A stretch of 63,986 bases of DNA, filler included, from Octopus bimaculoides (GCF_001194135.2; 10 parts of 10 records of this genome joined end to end with filler, not necessarily neighbours in it), one strand, 5' to 3'; numbered from the whole stretch's first letter, positions 26,391-40,310 are shown. Numbers and translations are program-made. Notes: generated from the letters alone by a model not told the origin.

Positions 26391-26575
26391 GTATCAGACG
26401 TGTCAAATTCAACTCCACTGGGGTCGTTTTCTAGTTTTTATAGCAAACTTCTCATTAAACTCTTAACCTCGTCCTCTCTCTCCCTTATTTCTTTCTTCAT
26501 CCATTATTTTCATTCAATTTCCCAATGTTTAGCTAAAGCTGGCTCTTTCCTAACCCTTCACTCTCATTACCTCCA

Positions 26576-26630
<55 letters not shown>

Positions 26631-26735
26631 GTCATCAAAGTGGGTGTCTCTAAATATATTCATACTTACGTGTATCTTTGCATACGCATATGTCTGTGTG
26701 TGCTTAAGTGAATGTGTTTGTGTGTCGTGTGTGTG

Positions 26736-26767
<32 letters not shown>

Positions 26768-26813
26768 CATATATTTCTATATAAATAAACACACACACAC
26801 ACACGCACACGCA

Positions 26814-26852
<39 letters not shown>

Positions 26853-27404
26853 ATACACACACACATATATATANNNNNNNNNNNNNNNNNNNNNNNNNNN
26901 NNNNNNNNNNNNNNNNNNNNNNNNNNNNNNNNNNNNNNNNNNNNNNNNNNNNNNNNNNNNNNNNNNNNNNNNNNNNNNNNNNNNNNNNNNNNNNNNNNNN
27001 NNNNNNNNNNNNNNNNNNNNNNNNNNNNNNNNNNNNNNNNNNNNNNNNNNNNNNNNNNNNNNNNNNNNNNNNNNNNNNNNNNNNNNNNNNNNNNNNNNNN
27101 NNNNNNNNNNNNNNNNNNNNNNNNNNNNNNNNNNNNNNNNNNNNNNNNNNNNNNNNNNNNNNNNNNNNNNNNNNNNNNNNNNNNNNNNNNNNNNNNNNNN
27201 NNNNNNNNNNNNNNNNNNNNNNNNNNNNNNNNNNNNNNNNNNNNNNNNNNNNNNNNNNNNNNNNNNNNNNNNNNNNNNNNNNNNNNNNNNNNNNNNNNNN
27301 NNATATATATGTATATATGTATGTATGTATGTATATATATGAGAGAACGTGAGAGTAAGACGTAAGTGGCCTGGTACACGCTCGTGCATAACAAACTATG
27401 TGCG

Positions 27405-27582
27405 TATGAGAACTATGGATATCTGTTTGTTTATGAGTGTATCCATGTGTTTGTGCACATGTGTATATATTTATATATAGATATATGTGTATATTTGCAC
27501 ATATATCCATATATAAATATATACACATGTGCACAAACGCATGGATACACTCATAAACAAACAGATATGCATAGTTCTCATA
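27405..27582. repeat. 178 bp palindrome (85 bp arms, 3 mismatches, 8 nt loop)
   Basis: 27405-27489 pairs with 27498-27582. The outermost paired dinucleotide is TA on each side. Confidence 0.95.
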
Positions 27583-27656
27583 TATATATATATATATATG
27601 TTTCTATAAATATATATGTGTATATATATATGTCTATCTATCTATCTATCTGTCTA

Positions 27657-27744
<88 letters not shown>

Positions 27745-28455
27745 TGTATATATGAATATATACGTATATATATATGCGTATATATAGTGCATATATAATG
27801 TGTGCGTATATATAGCTCTATTCGTATATGTATTCATACTTACACACACACACATATACCTAGATACCGAGGTATTAGTCATGTCCTCAATACGCTCACT
27901 CATCTACCGTCAATCTTACATTGGCAGTCTCCAGACACCCTTCACATTATCTGCTCGTCAAAACCTATGTTCAAACTTCACTCAGTTTCCATCAATTCAT
28001 TTGTCTTGCTTCATACATCTTCGCCTCACCTATAACCTTCATCATCTTCCTTCTGATTTTCTTCCGTTTCTCATTAGTTTCATCTACCTCCTGTGATATC
28101 TCAACTCATGAGCAATGTCTTTCAAGTAACGCTCTTTTCCAAAACTTTCTGACACCGTCGTTTTCTCCCTCTCTGCTAATGTCTCACTCCTGCGTCATTA
28201 CTTTCCTAACGAGATAATTATCTGTATATATTCTTAATTATTTATCTTTTATTAAAAGTTTGTTCCTCAGCGTAATTATAGTTATTTTACCTTACTACCC
28301 TATACGCCTTATTTCTGTCACTTGCTTTCTCTATCTGTTTGCCTCCCGATCTCTCTCTTTCTCTCTCAATCTCCCTCTGTCTCTCTCTGTCTATCATATC
28401 TGTTTATCATTCTATCTTTCCATCTTGCCATATATCTGCGAATTGATCTTTAAAG

Positions 28456-28538
<83 letters not shown>

Positions 28539-30875
28539 AGATGGAAGATAAATAGAGACACAGGCAGAGATAGATAGATATTTAGATAGATAGAAAGAGA
28601 GAAAGATATACAAACGGACAGTCAACCAGGCTAATATATATATATACCAAATTGTTTCTATCTTTTTGACTGTCCCTCTCTTCTTATGTGTGTAAGTGTG
28701 TATGTGTGTATGTGTGTTTGTGCGTGTCTGTCCATGTGTGCTTCTGTCCGTGTGTGTGTGTGGTGTGTGTGTGTGTGTGTGTGTTTGTGTCTGTATATAT
28801 GTGCGTATGTATGTATGTATGAATGTATATGTATATATAGATGTACGCACATTAAAACACTATGTATACGTGCATGCATGGGTGAAAGAGAAAGAAGAGG
28901 ATAAAGAGAGACGTGCCTCTGCTCCAATATCAAATTACAATTTATTTTTCACCCTTTATTCTCAAATCACAGACTGCCCCTCACTTTCATTCCTCTCCTC
29001 TCAGCATGTTTTCTCCTCACCCCATCTTTCTGGTTCTTTCTCTACTAACCGTCTTCCTCTAGAACTTTCTCTCCATCTTCACTCAGTTCTCATTCATTTA
29101 TTTTCCCATGTTCCCTCTCATTCTTATATTCTCACCTTACCGTACCTTTAACTTAGTTCCATCTTAAACTCAATCATAACTTACGAGTGAGTCGCACTCT
29201 TTTTTTTTTATTCACCATCTTATTATCTCCCCTTTTCCCTACAAAAGCTGCACCCTTAGTCTTTCTGTACACACATACAAACAAAACACACTCAACATTT
29301 GCATACCCAACATACACATAAAAATACATATACATATAAACACACAACTACTGTCGCTTTTTCAGTCTCCAACCTACTTTCACCCTGCAATCACCCTTTC
29401 ACTCCTCGCTCTTTCTCTTTGGGCACATTCTCACACGCCATCCACGTTGTAGCGTTCTCTCCTCTCACTTACTCATTTTCCTCACACCATCTCCACCACT
29501 CTCTCGTTTTCACCTCACGCCATCTTTCATCTATTAACCTTCTCGTTCTAATTCTGTTCATCTGTATCCCCTCCCCTTCCCACTTTATTCGATCATACAC
29601 AACGCCATTGATGACGAAGTCCGCCATTATATCTGGAGCAAAAGGTGTTAGCTAGGAATGGGGTACGAACGTACAATGTTTACATCAGTGCAAAGTAGTA
29701 TACGTATGTGTGTGTGTATCTGTGTACGTATGTGTGTGTGTGCTTATGTGACTGTTGGTTATATGTCTATCACGTGTGTGTGTGAAAGACCATTGGTGTT
29801 GTGTGGGAGAGTGGTGTGTGTTTATTTAAATGTAATTTACTTTTACGGCGTTTTTAAAGCATTATAGTGTTTCCCGTAAAATATTGATATAAACAGGTAA
29901 TTGTTATTCATGGAAAAGTTCTACGATGTTGTTTTTCCTTCATCTGTCAGTATATGGATGCGTGCATGGTGTGCATGTATGTATGAATATACACACGTGT
30001 GTGTGTATGTGTGTGTGTGTGTTTGTGTGTGCGTGTGTGTGTCTGTGTATGTAAGCATATATGTACGTATAGATGTCTGTATTTCTGGATGTATGCATGT
30101 ATGTATGAGTGCGTGTATGTATGTATGCGTGTGTCTATATATGTATATATGAATGTATGTATGTATGCATGTGTCTATGTATGTATGCATGTGTCTATGT
30201 ATGTATGTATTTATGTATGTATGTGTGTGTGTGTATCTATGCCATTAAATTGCATCTAATGGTGAGGTTTGTGAGAGAGCTGGAGTTATGAGGAGCGTGG
30301 GCTCACTCCTTAATTATCATTGCTCTCAGTTCCGTTCGGGTCCAGAATGATAGTATCTGCGATGGTTCTATCTAAGGGTTAAACAAATCTCCCGAAGGTT
30401 ATGGAAGCTCTTGATATTTCTAACAAAGCTGTGCGGAAGACAGCTCATCTCGGAGTAGATATTTCGATATAAAACTTGCAGTTAACATAGTACCAATGAT
30501 ATTATATCGGTTATCAATAGAACATACTATGGCGATTGGGAGCTTTTGTAATTTAAATTCAATGACAGAGATGTCTCACTATTCATATGATTTTCTTCCG
30601 TTTTGTATCTCATAGCCTCTTACGGAGATAGACGCGGGGGTGAAAAGTCATATCTACACACATCCAAGGATGAAAGTGAATCAGAACAGGTCCGAATCTG
30701 ACACAGCTATCATCTGAAAAGATACAGCAATCACCATGTATGTATGTGTGTATCTATGTATGTAATTGTTCAGTTGTTTTTTTTAAAGATTTCTTGCGAA
30801 TAGAGAAAGTTTCGGTTTCTAATATAGATTTAAGTCTCTTTCATTGGAATTTCAAAATCAACAAGAGGGTATTTC

Positions 30876-31082
30876 TTGTTTGTATGTATTTATGTATGTA
30901 TGTATGTATGTATGTATGTATGTATGTATGTATCAATGAATGCTNNNNNNNNNNNNNNNNNNNNNNNNNNNNNNNNNNNNNNNNNNNNNNNNNNNNNNNN
31001 NNNNNNNNNNNNNTTGTTTGTATGTATTTATGTATGTATGTATGTATGTATGTATGTATGTATGTATGTATCAATGAATGCT
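30876..31082. other. Probable assembly artefact: the same 69 bp sequence on both sides of a 69-N gap
   Basis: 30876-30944 equals 31014-31082, and the gap length equals the repeat length. Confidence 0.75.
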
Positions 31083-32000
31083 AGCATTCCTGCCTGCATG
31101 CATGCCTGCCTGTCGCCTACATGCATACATGCACGCATCTATGAATGCACGTATGAATGTGTATCATTGAACGCAGGCATGGTTGAATTGTTAAAAGATT
31201 TATTTCGCTAACCTGCATGCCCGTCGATAAGGGATGCACAGGACGGCACTGTCCCCTCAATGGTATACCCTCAGACTTACAGTAATGCACTTATTTCGAA
31301 ACTCCATTTCGGCATTTATTACAAATTAGAGCCGCCCAGAATATTGCGAAGCACCATTAGGCAACAAAAACAATGACCCGGGCTCCATCCTGCTACATGG
31401 TATAGGCTTACGTTTCTTTGGAGAAGCCGCGTCTGACGCATGGAGATTGTACTTTGAATTTTCGAAAAGTATTACATATTTATACTGTTCCACTTTAAGA
31501 TTAAGGTTAGAGTTAGGGTAACGTGAAAATTAACCGGTTTATTGAAGAATTTACTAGCAAAGTCAAGTGAACCAAATATAATTGGTACAAATGTAAATTT
31601 ATAACCTGAGTATAGAAGATGGCAGTTATCCATAATTATCATGTTTTGTCTGGTTTCCGAAGCGATATTCTGATCAGCAGAAATCTATTACTGTAGATAC
31701 ATTTCTTGACAATTCCAAATATCTATGTATAACTGCCATCCTACAAATACACACAAACACACATACAGTCATACACATACACACAGAAACACATGCCAAT
31801 ATATATGTTTGTGTGTGTATATACATATATATANNNNNNNNNNNNNNNNNNNNNNNNNNNNNNNNNNNNNNNNNNNNTTAATTAATTAANNNNNNNNNNN
31901 NNNNNNNNNNNNNNNNNNNNNNNNNNNNNNNNNTCAGTATGAAAAAAACCTTTATCGGTAAAAACATTTATGATTATATATATATATATATATATATACA

Positions 32001-32165
32001 ATGACCTTCTTTTAGTTTCCGTCTGCCAACCAAATCCACTCATAAAGCTTTGGTCGGCCTGGGGCTATAGTAGATGACACTTGCTCAAGGTGTCGCGCAG
32101 TGGAGCTGTACCCTGAACCATGTGGCTGGGGAGCAATCTTCTCACCACCCAGTCATGCCTGCGCC
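32001..32165 (-). mobile_element. Head of SINE family A
   Basis: Reverse complement reads ggcgcaggcatgactgggtggtgagaag...ggttcagggtacagctccactgcgcgacaccttgagcaagtgtc...gtggatttggttggcagacggaaac. Confidence 0.85.
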
Positions 32166-33174
32166 AACGTATATCTGTGTGTGCGTGCGTATGACGAAGA
32201 AAATAGTTCGAATATGTCCCTGGTTATGTTTCTCTCTCTTTCTCTGTTTATGTATACACACACATACAAACAGATTCGGAGTGAAAGATAGAGAAAGAAG
32301 GAGGGAGAGAGAAAGAGAAATTTTGTTTTCAAAACCCTCCCTATGTCAGTCGGTCTGTATTAAACTTTGATAAAAGAGCTTAAGCAAGTCAGTCTCTATA
32401 CAATGTATTTGTTACTTCTGCTTAAATCTTCTGTTTTCCCTCGGTTTGCTTAATCTGTCAGAAAGGATTATATTCTTTCTTCCCTGTTTATATATGACCC
32501 TACATGTCCTTATCCTTTATTTTTATCTCTTCCCTCACTTGATCAGTCTTCTACTTGCCTCTCCTCATTGTCAATTCCTTCAGTTTCCATTTTTATTCGT
32601 TCTTCCACTGTCGATCCCAGTAATACGCTCTGTTGCCATAAATGTGGTTTCTTAAGCACTGAGAGTTCCGAGCAAGAAAGCTTCTTTCTACCCCCACCCC
32701 AAAATTGTGACGTGGGGTGTATTGAGAGAGTAAGTTTTTAGTTTCAAATAGCAGGTGTCCTGATAGAGAATATTTGTATCCTTAATCCTTCCACAGATTA
32801 TCTTCCATATTTTGATTTATTTTTTATTTTCTAAATACCTTATTATTTTTTGTTTTGTTTTGTATTTCATATCATTTGCAATGAGCTGTCAGAGTTGAAA
32901 GGCAATCCAAGCTTGCATTAACGACGAAAATAATGCGAATCAGGCGACTGGCACTGAAAATATGTCTCTGGTTATCTTTCCTTCTTTCTCTTTTTTCCTT
33001 TTTCTTTCTTTCATTCTTTCTTTCTTTCATTCTTTCTTTCATTCTTTCTTTCTTTCTTTCTTTCTTTCTTTTTGATGTCTGAATAAAGTTTGTATTAAAA
33101 TATTTCTACACGTTTTTCTTTCCCCGAAGTGTATATACATGTTTTCGCGGATTCTATATGTATGCATACAAATA

Positions 33175-33400
33175 CAGATTGTTCAGGGTAAATTTGAAAG
33201 TTTACATAAAAGGAACAGAAAACACAATATCCTATCCAAAAATAAAACTTATAAAATCAAAAAGTACCAACTAGATTATGGCTGGGTGATAACAGTTCAC
33301 CCAACATAGTCTCATTCAGCTTCCAGCACAGAGCAGTTGGCATCTTTCTCAACCGCGCCACACACGTAGTAAACTATGGTATTACAACCACCCTACCTCT
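33175..33400 (-). mobile_element. maT/DD37D-type transposon 3' end, internally deleted
   Basis: TA-cagattgttcagggtaaatttgaaag...caactagattatggctgggtgataacag aligns with 46315-46445. Confidence 0.65.
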
Positions 33401-34315
33401 TCTATCATATAGTCGTAGGAATAGGTCTCGGAAAGTTTCATGGTTCGCCACCGCACCATTTTTCTCCCTTAATGTTTGGACAAATATAAGTAAAAATCCT
33501 TGCATTTAGTAGATATTCACTTTCCTAGAACCCATAGATACAGTAAGATCTTTAACAGACACACAAAATTACATTTTCTTGTCCGCCTAATGTTAAAACA
33601 TGTATCAATAAGCAACCGATGACGCAAGCCTGCCCTGGATGCACACGTAGAAACAAATGTAAATGTCCTCTAGGGCAGAAATTCGATATATCCTCAGCTG
33701 TTTATGAAGCATAGAGACTATATCTTTAACAGAAATAAAGGACCTCCAATGGCCATTTAAATTCCAGAAATGAGATTTTTTTTATTATGTTGGCATTGTA
33801 AGAAATATATCTTGGCTGAATTTATAAAGAGGCCATCGAAGACATCGTAAATATATTTAAGTTTTTTTCAACGTTGTCTGTTGTAACGTAGGTTATCTCC
33901 CCTGTGTTCTTCTTTCCATCTTCTTTATGAGAGTTCTTTTGTTTAAACGTCATCTGCTTTAAGCCAACTGTCAAACCGTCTTGTTCTTAGCTAGTTGTAA
34001 TTAACAAAACTTGTGGCTTTTATTATANNNNNNNNNNNNNNNNNNNNNNNNNNNNNNNNNNNNNNNNNNNNNNNNNNNNNNNNNNNNNNNNNNNNNNNNN
34101 NNNNNNNNNNNNNNNNNNNNNNNNNNNNNNNNNNNNNNNNNNNNNNNNNNNNNNNNNNNNNNNNNNNNNNNNNNNNNNNNNNNNNNNNNNNNNNNNNNNN
34201 NNNNNNNNNNNNNNNNNNNNNNNNNNNNNNNNNNNATATATGTATGTATGTATATATATATATATACATATATATGTATATATATATATATGTATGTATA
34301 TACATGCATATATAC

Positions 34316-34350
<35 letters not shown>

Positions 34351-35669
34351 AGTATGCACTATGTACGTATGTATGTATGTATGTATGTATGTACGTACAT
34401 GTGTGTATGTGTATATGTGTGCGCATGTAGATGTGTGTGTGTATACATACGTTACATGCATATACATCTTTAGCTATATTATACACATACACACACGAAC
34501 TCTCTTTGATGAAACACCAGCAAGAACACCACTAACAGTCGCTGTTTCTGCACATTCTGCGGGGAGGAATAGGAAATGTATCTTAAGTTACATCTTATCA
34601 CCTTAATAAAAGAAATGATTTATTGGATTATACTTCATTGATAAGGTCCCATAAGTAAGAAATATGCCCAGAATTATCACTTTATAACATTATGTTCTCC
34701 TTAGCTTCCCACTTCTTTCAACCATACAATTTATTTTGAGTTAATTATAATTAATTAACTTTTGAGAGTTGTCACAAATTAATCATGAAGCTAATCTCAT
34801 CGCAGTGCTTATTTTGATTTAAATAATTTAAATATAATTAAATAAATTAAAAAAATTAAAATTTGACTTAAATAATTAATTTTATTTTGTCTTGTTGCTG
34901 TAGGCGTGTTCACATTGATTTTACTGTTTGGTGTTCGTGCAGTGTGTGTCCACCTTCTAGTCATTATTGGACAAAAAGCAGTCAGAGTTAAAACTACGAC
35001 CTGAATGAATTTAATCATAAGTTCGCTGGTTTAAGACTGACTTCGGGTTAAACAACAACAACGATGACAAGCAACACGACAAAACGACAGTGGTGACGGC
35101 GTTAATTCTAGTTTTATGTTTTATCAGCAAAAGCAAGATTTCGGTTGGAATGATCAAAGGAGCTTTTCTGCCATAAATCTTGGAGAAACCGGGGCACACG
35201 CATAACTGATAACTGAAATGACGAAGTGTTTCATTTCAGTCTGTTCTTAATTATCCTTGAAAATAAAACAACTTGAACGGAGAAGAGGGCGACAAGGGAG
35301 ATAATGAGGTTAGGGAAGAGCCGCAATGAAAGGAGAAAGAAGAAAAGGGAGGAAAAAACGTATTGCTATTTTGTTTTTGTTCGTTTTACTTTTGCTTTTC
35401 CGACCTTTTTATGATATTTGTGTTTGGTTTTGTAATTTTCGTATTAGTAAGAAAGAGAAGAGGGTAGGCATTGTTATTAATTGTAAACAGCCAAAGCAAC
35501 TAAAAGGCGGCAGTGACCTCAATACGTGAAATAACCCCAGCAGTACTAAATAAATAAATAAGAGAGAGTAGGGATATGGACATGCGGAGGGAAAGAGAAA
35601 AGGAGGGAGAGAAAGAGAAAATTTTGACAAAGTATTTAGCATTGTACATTGTTATTACAAAATCAAACC

Positions 35670-35742
<73 letters not shown>

Positions 35743-36278
35743 NNNNNNNNNNNNNNNNNNNNNNNNNNNNNNNNNNNNNNNNNNNNNNNNNNNNNNNNNN
35801 NNNNNNNNNNNNNNNNNNNNNNNNNNNNNNNNNNNNNNNNNNNNNNNNNNNNNNNNNNNNNNNNNNNNNNNNNNNNNNNNNNNNNNNNNNNNNNNNNNNN
35901 NNNNNNNNNNNNNNNNNNNNNNNNNNNNNNNNNNNNNNNNNNNNNNNNNNNNNNNNNNNNNNNNNNNNNNNNNNNNNNNNNNNNNNNNNNNNNNNNNNNN
36001 NNNNNNNNNNNNNNNNNNNNNNNNNNNNNNNNNNNNNNNNNNNNNNNNNNNNNNNNNNNNNNNNNNNNNNNNNNNNNNNNNNNNNNNNNNNNNNNNNNNN
36101 NNNNNNNNNNNNNNNNNNNNNNNNNNNNNNNNNNNNNNNNNNNNNNNNNNNNNNNNNNNNNNNNNNNNNNNNNNNNNNNNNNNNNNNNNNNNNNNNNNNN
36201 NNNNNNNNNNNNNNNNNNNNNNNNNNNNNNNNNNNNNNNNNNNNNNNNNNNNNNNNNNNNNNNNNNNNNNNNNNNNNN

Positions 36279-36332
<54 letters not shown>

Positions 36333-36980
36333 GGTGTGTGTATGTGTATGTGTGTGTGTGTGTGTGTGTGTATTTGTTATTTGTGTCTGTGTTTGTCCCC
36401 CAGCCCATGTAAAGGGTGTGCATTTTCCTTCTTTAATTTCTTTATATATATATATATATATATACACATATATAGTAATTCTATATTCTGTTTAGAACGT
36501 AGTAAAGTACAGTATAAAGCTCGTTCACCTTCAGATTTCACCTTGTGCTATCCATTAGTAGTGTTATACGTACTTCTACGTCTGCGTTGGGTTTCTGTCG
36601 TGTGGGAAAAGATAACTGAAAAAATTTGGAGCGAACAGGAAGCAGCCCGGTTAGACATTTATTTACAAGCACTACAATTGTTTCTATGCATCTTAGTTCT
36701 CCAGGTGTGTAGGTACTTGATTATGCATCCGTTTTCCTGCAATATGAGGTCTAGTTGCGTTTCCTCGGGTGACATGTAAATGTTGTCTCCGTAAAAAACA
36801 TATATATATATATATTTATATATACATACACATACGCACAGGCATGTATGTGAGTTTGTGTGTGCATAATGTGTGTGTATTCAAAGAGACAGTTATCCAC
36901 TAGAACTGTCTGCTCCATATTGGATCAGCTAAATATAAATAAAAACTTGTTTATTACTGGAGGGGCGAAACAATAATCTA

Positions 36981-37845
36981 TTCTTTTATTCTTTTATTTG
37001 TTTCAGTCATTTGACTGCGGCCATGCTGAAGCACCTCCTTTTGTCGAACAAATGGACCCCAGGATTTATTCTTTGTTAGCCTAGTACTTATTCTATCGGT
37101 CTGTTTTACCGAACTGCTAATTTACGAGAACGTATACACACCAACATCAGTTGTCAAGCGATGGAGTGGGGAAAAACACAGACACACAAATAGATACATA
37201 CGTATATATAATATTATTGTTCTTTCTTATGAAATATATAGAACTGCTCAAGAAGTGCTCGGGTCGAATCCGAGACAAAAGATAAGAATTAAGATGTAGA
37301 CTNNNNNNNNNNNNNNNNNNNNNNNNNNNNNNNNNNNNNNNNNNNNNNNNNNNNNNNNNNNNNNNNNNNNNNNNNNNNNNNNNNNNNNNNNNNNNNNNNN
37401 NNNNNNNNNNNNNNNNNNNNNNNNNNNNNNNNNNNNNNNNNNNNNNNNNNNNNNNNNNNNNNNNNNNNNNNNNNNNNNNNNNNNNNNNNNNNNNNNNNNN
37501 NNNNNNNNNNNNNNNNNNNNNNNNNNNNNNNNNNNNNNNNNNNNNNNNNNNNNNNNNNNNNNNATATAGCTCGAAACGTCAAAGACTTTCCGTATTCCCG
37601 AGCGTCATACTAATATATACTTTTGTTATTTACACCACCTGTCCTCGTCTGTTGTTATTATTTGTATATTCTCCCATATATATATATATATATATATACA
37701 CCCCGGGTTTCTTTAAGTATTCGTCTACCAAATCCACTCACGAGGCTTTGATCAGCCTGAGACTATAGAAGAAGACATCTGCTCAAAATGCCATGCAGTA
37801 GCACTGAACCCGTAACCATGTGGTTGGGAAGCAAGTTTCTTACCA
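36981..37845 (-). mobile_element. SINE family A split by a gap and a hammerhead-bearing insertion in its central microsatellite
   Basis: Tail at 36981-37195 and head at 37700-37845 share one orientation. The insert is at 37569-37678. Confidence 0.7.
37569..37678 (+). mobile_element. Short PLE-pLTR-like element; 3' half of hammerhead (GCTC GAA ACGT C AAAG), 5' half lost at gap
   Basis: About 110 bp identical, except for one base, to the reverse complement of 49891-49999. Ends ttctccca followed by (TA)n. Confidence 0.85.
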
Positions 37846-38010
37846 AGATTTTGATAATTGCTGTCACCAGAAATGTAACACAAACTATTTCAAAGTTTTC
37901 AAAGTTAGAGCTGGCTCCTTAAAAATATTACTGGCGAACGGCAATATTTTATGAACCTAAATGCCTTTTATGAAATCCAAATGATAGCATGATATTGATG
38001 ATAGGAAAGA

Positions 38011-38215
38011 TATTTCTTTCTACAATAGAAACAAACCCTGAAATTGTGTGGGTAATAGATTACTTCAACCCCAGTGCGCAGGTCGTATTATTTTATTGAC
38101 CCCAAATGGATGATAGGCAAAGTCGACTACGGCAGTATTTGAACTCTGAACATAAAGCCGGAAGAAATCCGCTGCAAATTTTATCTGTAACTTTTATCTG
38201 CCGGTTCGTCACCAT
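38011..38215 (-). mobile_element. SINE family C, diverged
   Basis: ggcaaagtcgactacggcagtatttgaactctgaac is the reverse of the family C B-box region. Confidence 0.75.
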
Positions 38216-38325
38216 AAAGAAATGATATATATAACAATAATAATATAAATGATGAAGATGCTGATAATAATGATTAAAAATTTTGGCACAAAGCCGGCAA
38301 GTCCGAGGGAGGTGGGTAAGTCGAT

Positions 38326-38451
38326 TTGTGATGCATGTGCCTGGTGTACCCTTATCAGACGGGTAGTCATGATGGGTATACTGGGCTTCGTATATGTTCC
38401 CCCAGTGTCACTTTGATGACATGCACTGCTCTCTCAATCAATCAATCAATC

Positions 38452-38499
<48 letters not shown>
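38326..38499 (+). repeat. Repeat family D, short terminal copy plus (AATC)n(AAT)n
   Basis: Matches 40093-40205 and 40858-40966 and ends at the same ctctctca boundary. Confidence 0.85.
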
Positions 38500-39806
38500 T
38501 TTAAAAGGATTGACGTAACTCTTCACGAAGGTAAATAATCAAGACGAAGAACGCAATTCGATTGTATAGATATTTTATTAGTTGAACAATATTTCAACAG
38601 TACGTCTGTCTTTGTCAAGTTCAAAATAAGAGGTGATTAAAAATTCAAAATTACAGAAATTTAAACGTAAAGTATGAACGAGAGCAACCAGCATCCATAC
38701 GTTGATGGAATGAGATCATCAGTTTTATAACAGGCAGAAAGAAAGAAAAAAATAGAAAAAGGAAGACGACAGAAAAAAAAGGAAAGAAAAAGAGAGAAAG
38801 AAGAATATTCAATCAAACAGTCTTGTATAAATTTGATGATATTCTCCTGTCATATTATTCATTCCTCCAGGGCGTGATGTTAATAACCCGAAAACATATT
38901 TCTCCTCATACATTCTGAGAAGTGAAAGTGGGGTAGATTCAGAATATTTCAAGTCTTCTTCAAAATTGCAGCCGCTTGAAACGAAATGTTCAGCAAGTTC
39001 TGTTGAACTACTGTTCTTGTGCCTGAAGTCGAATCTGAGCCCATTAAACCTTTTGTTTAATTGTTCTGTTGTATAACCAACATAAATCAAGTTGTGTTTC
39101 GTGCATTCTGCAACGTACACTAAATGAGAATCTTTACATGTTCCACCTTCTGTATAAATCATAACATTTCTGTTATGATTTTTGATGGAATTCACTTCAC
39201 TCATGCTGTTGCACAATGAACAGCGCTTACCTCTCTTGCGGCTGTTCTTTAAGGTACAGCGTGCAGATACTCCAATGTTCGTTTTCTTGGAGTCAGATAT
39301 AGAGGTCAATAATTCTCTTATGTTCTTATTCCGTCGAAAGGCTACAATGGGCGGCTGAGCAAATATCTGTTTGAAACTGGGATATCTTTTCGGCACATGC
39401 TGGTAACTTTCATGCAACACTTCTGAAATGCCAGCGAAACGTCGGTGCCAGCTAATCACTAAAGGAATTCTATCATCTATTGTATTTTGTTTGCTAAAAT
39501 TATGCGTGTAGGTTTGACTATCTTTGCTAATCTTAGCTATTTCATTTGCTATTTCCTTTAAACGTGATTCACTGTAACCTCGTTTGACATAATGACATAC
39601 AAAAGCATTTGCATGTTTCCAGTAATCCCCTATGTCAGTACAAATCCATTTTATCCTCAAAAATTGGGATTTCGGATTTGACCGAATAAGATGATGTGGA
39701 TGATCTGAGTGGCGGTGGAGATAAATGTGGGATGACGTGGGCTTGCAAAATGACTGTCACTATTCTGCCTCCAGAAAACTTGACTTTTGCGTCTAAAAAT
39801 TCAACG
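38500..39806 (-). pseudogene. Penelope-like element, Neptune-like (end of RT, thumb, Zn-finger linker, GIY-YIG), 5'-truncated
   Basis: GVEFLDAKVKFSGGRIVT, then the 283 aa ORF 38809-39660 with IPLVISWH, PPIVAFRRNKNIRELL, RCSLC, GGTCKDSHLVYVAECTKHNLIYVGYT, ELAEHF and PGGMN. A hammerhead lies in the 3' UTR. Clade assignment is inference. Confidence 0.9.
38582..38624 (-). ncRNA. Minimal type I hammerhead ribozyme motif with U3-A8 variant
   Basis: Minus strand: UUGAAC UUGACAA A GACAG acgua CUGUU GAA AUAU U GUUCAA. It has a 6 bp stem I, a 5 bp stem II and a palindromic AUAU stem III. Confidence 0.75.
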
Positions 39807-40217
39807 CCAGCTGAGCATGTCCATTGGTGGCTGACGATATGTGCATCTCTGATCACGAGCAGAAGTAGTGGGGGAGCATCATAGCCATGTGTTGAGAGGA
39901 ATTCTTTGGGGTTTGAATGATTCACCTTTGGAAGCATAGGTGTTTTGTGCAACATACTTAAACAAACCTTATTCAAGGACCTTTTGACAGGGATGGGCTA
40001 CTTGACCTGAAGAAAATTCCAACTGGGTCCCACTTGCGAGGTCATGCGCTGTTCATTTTGATATGAGATCACCATGTCGCGCACATATGGTTGTGATGCA
40101 TGTGCCTGATTTACCCTTATCAGACGGGTAATCATGATGGGTATATTGAACCTCGTATATTTTACCCCAGTGTCACTTTGATGGCATGCACTGCTCTCTC
40201 ACTCAATAATAATAATA

Positions 40218-40308
<91 letters not shown>
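39807..40308 (+). repeat. Repeat family D copy plus (AAT)/(GAT)/(AAT)n tail
   Basis: Aligns with 40582-40966. It abuts the truncated 5' end of the PLE. Confidence 0.85.

Positions 40309-40310
<2 letters not shown>

Noticed and set aside
31501-31520. TTAAGGTTAGAGTTAGGG telomere-like motif
   Set aside because: Only three degenerate units, which is not distinguishable from background.
40020-40060. Possible HDV-like ribozyme in repeat D (gggtcccacttgcgagg)
   Set aside because: I could not assemble P1, P2, P3 and P1.1 with a catalytic C on either strand by eye.
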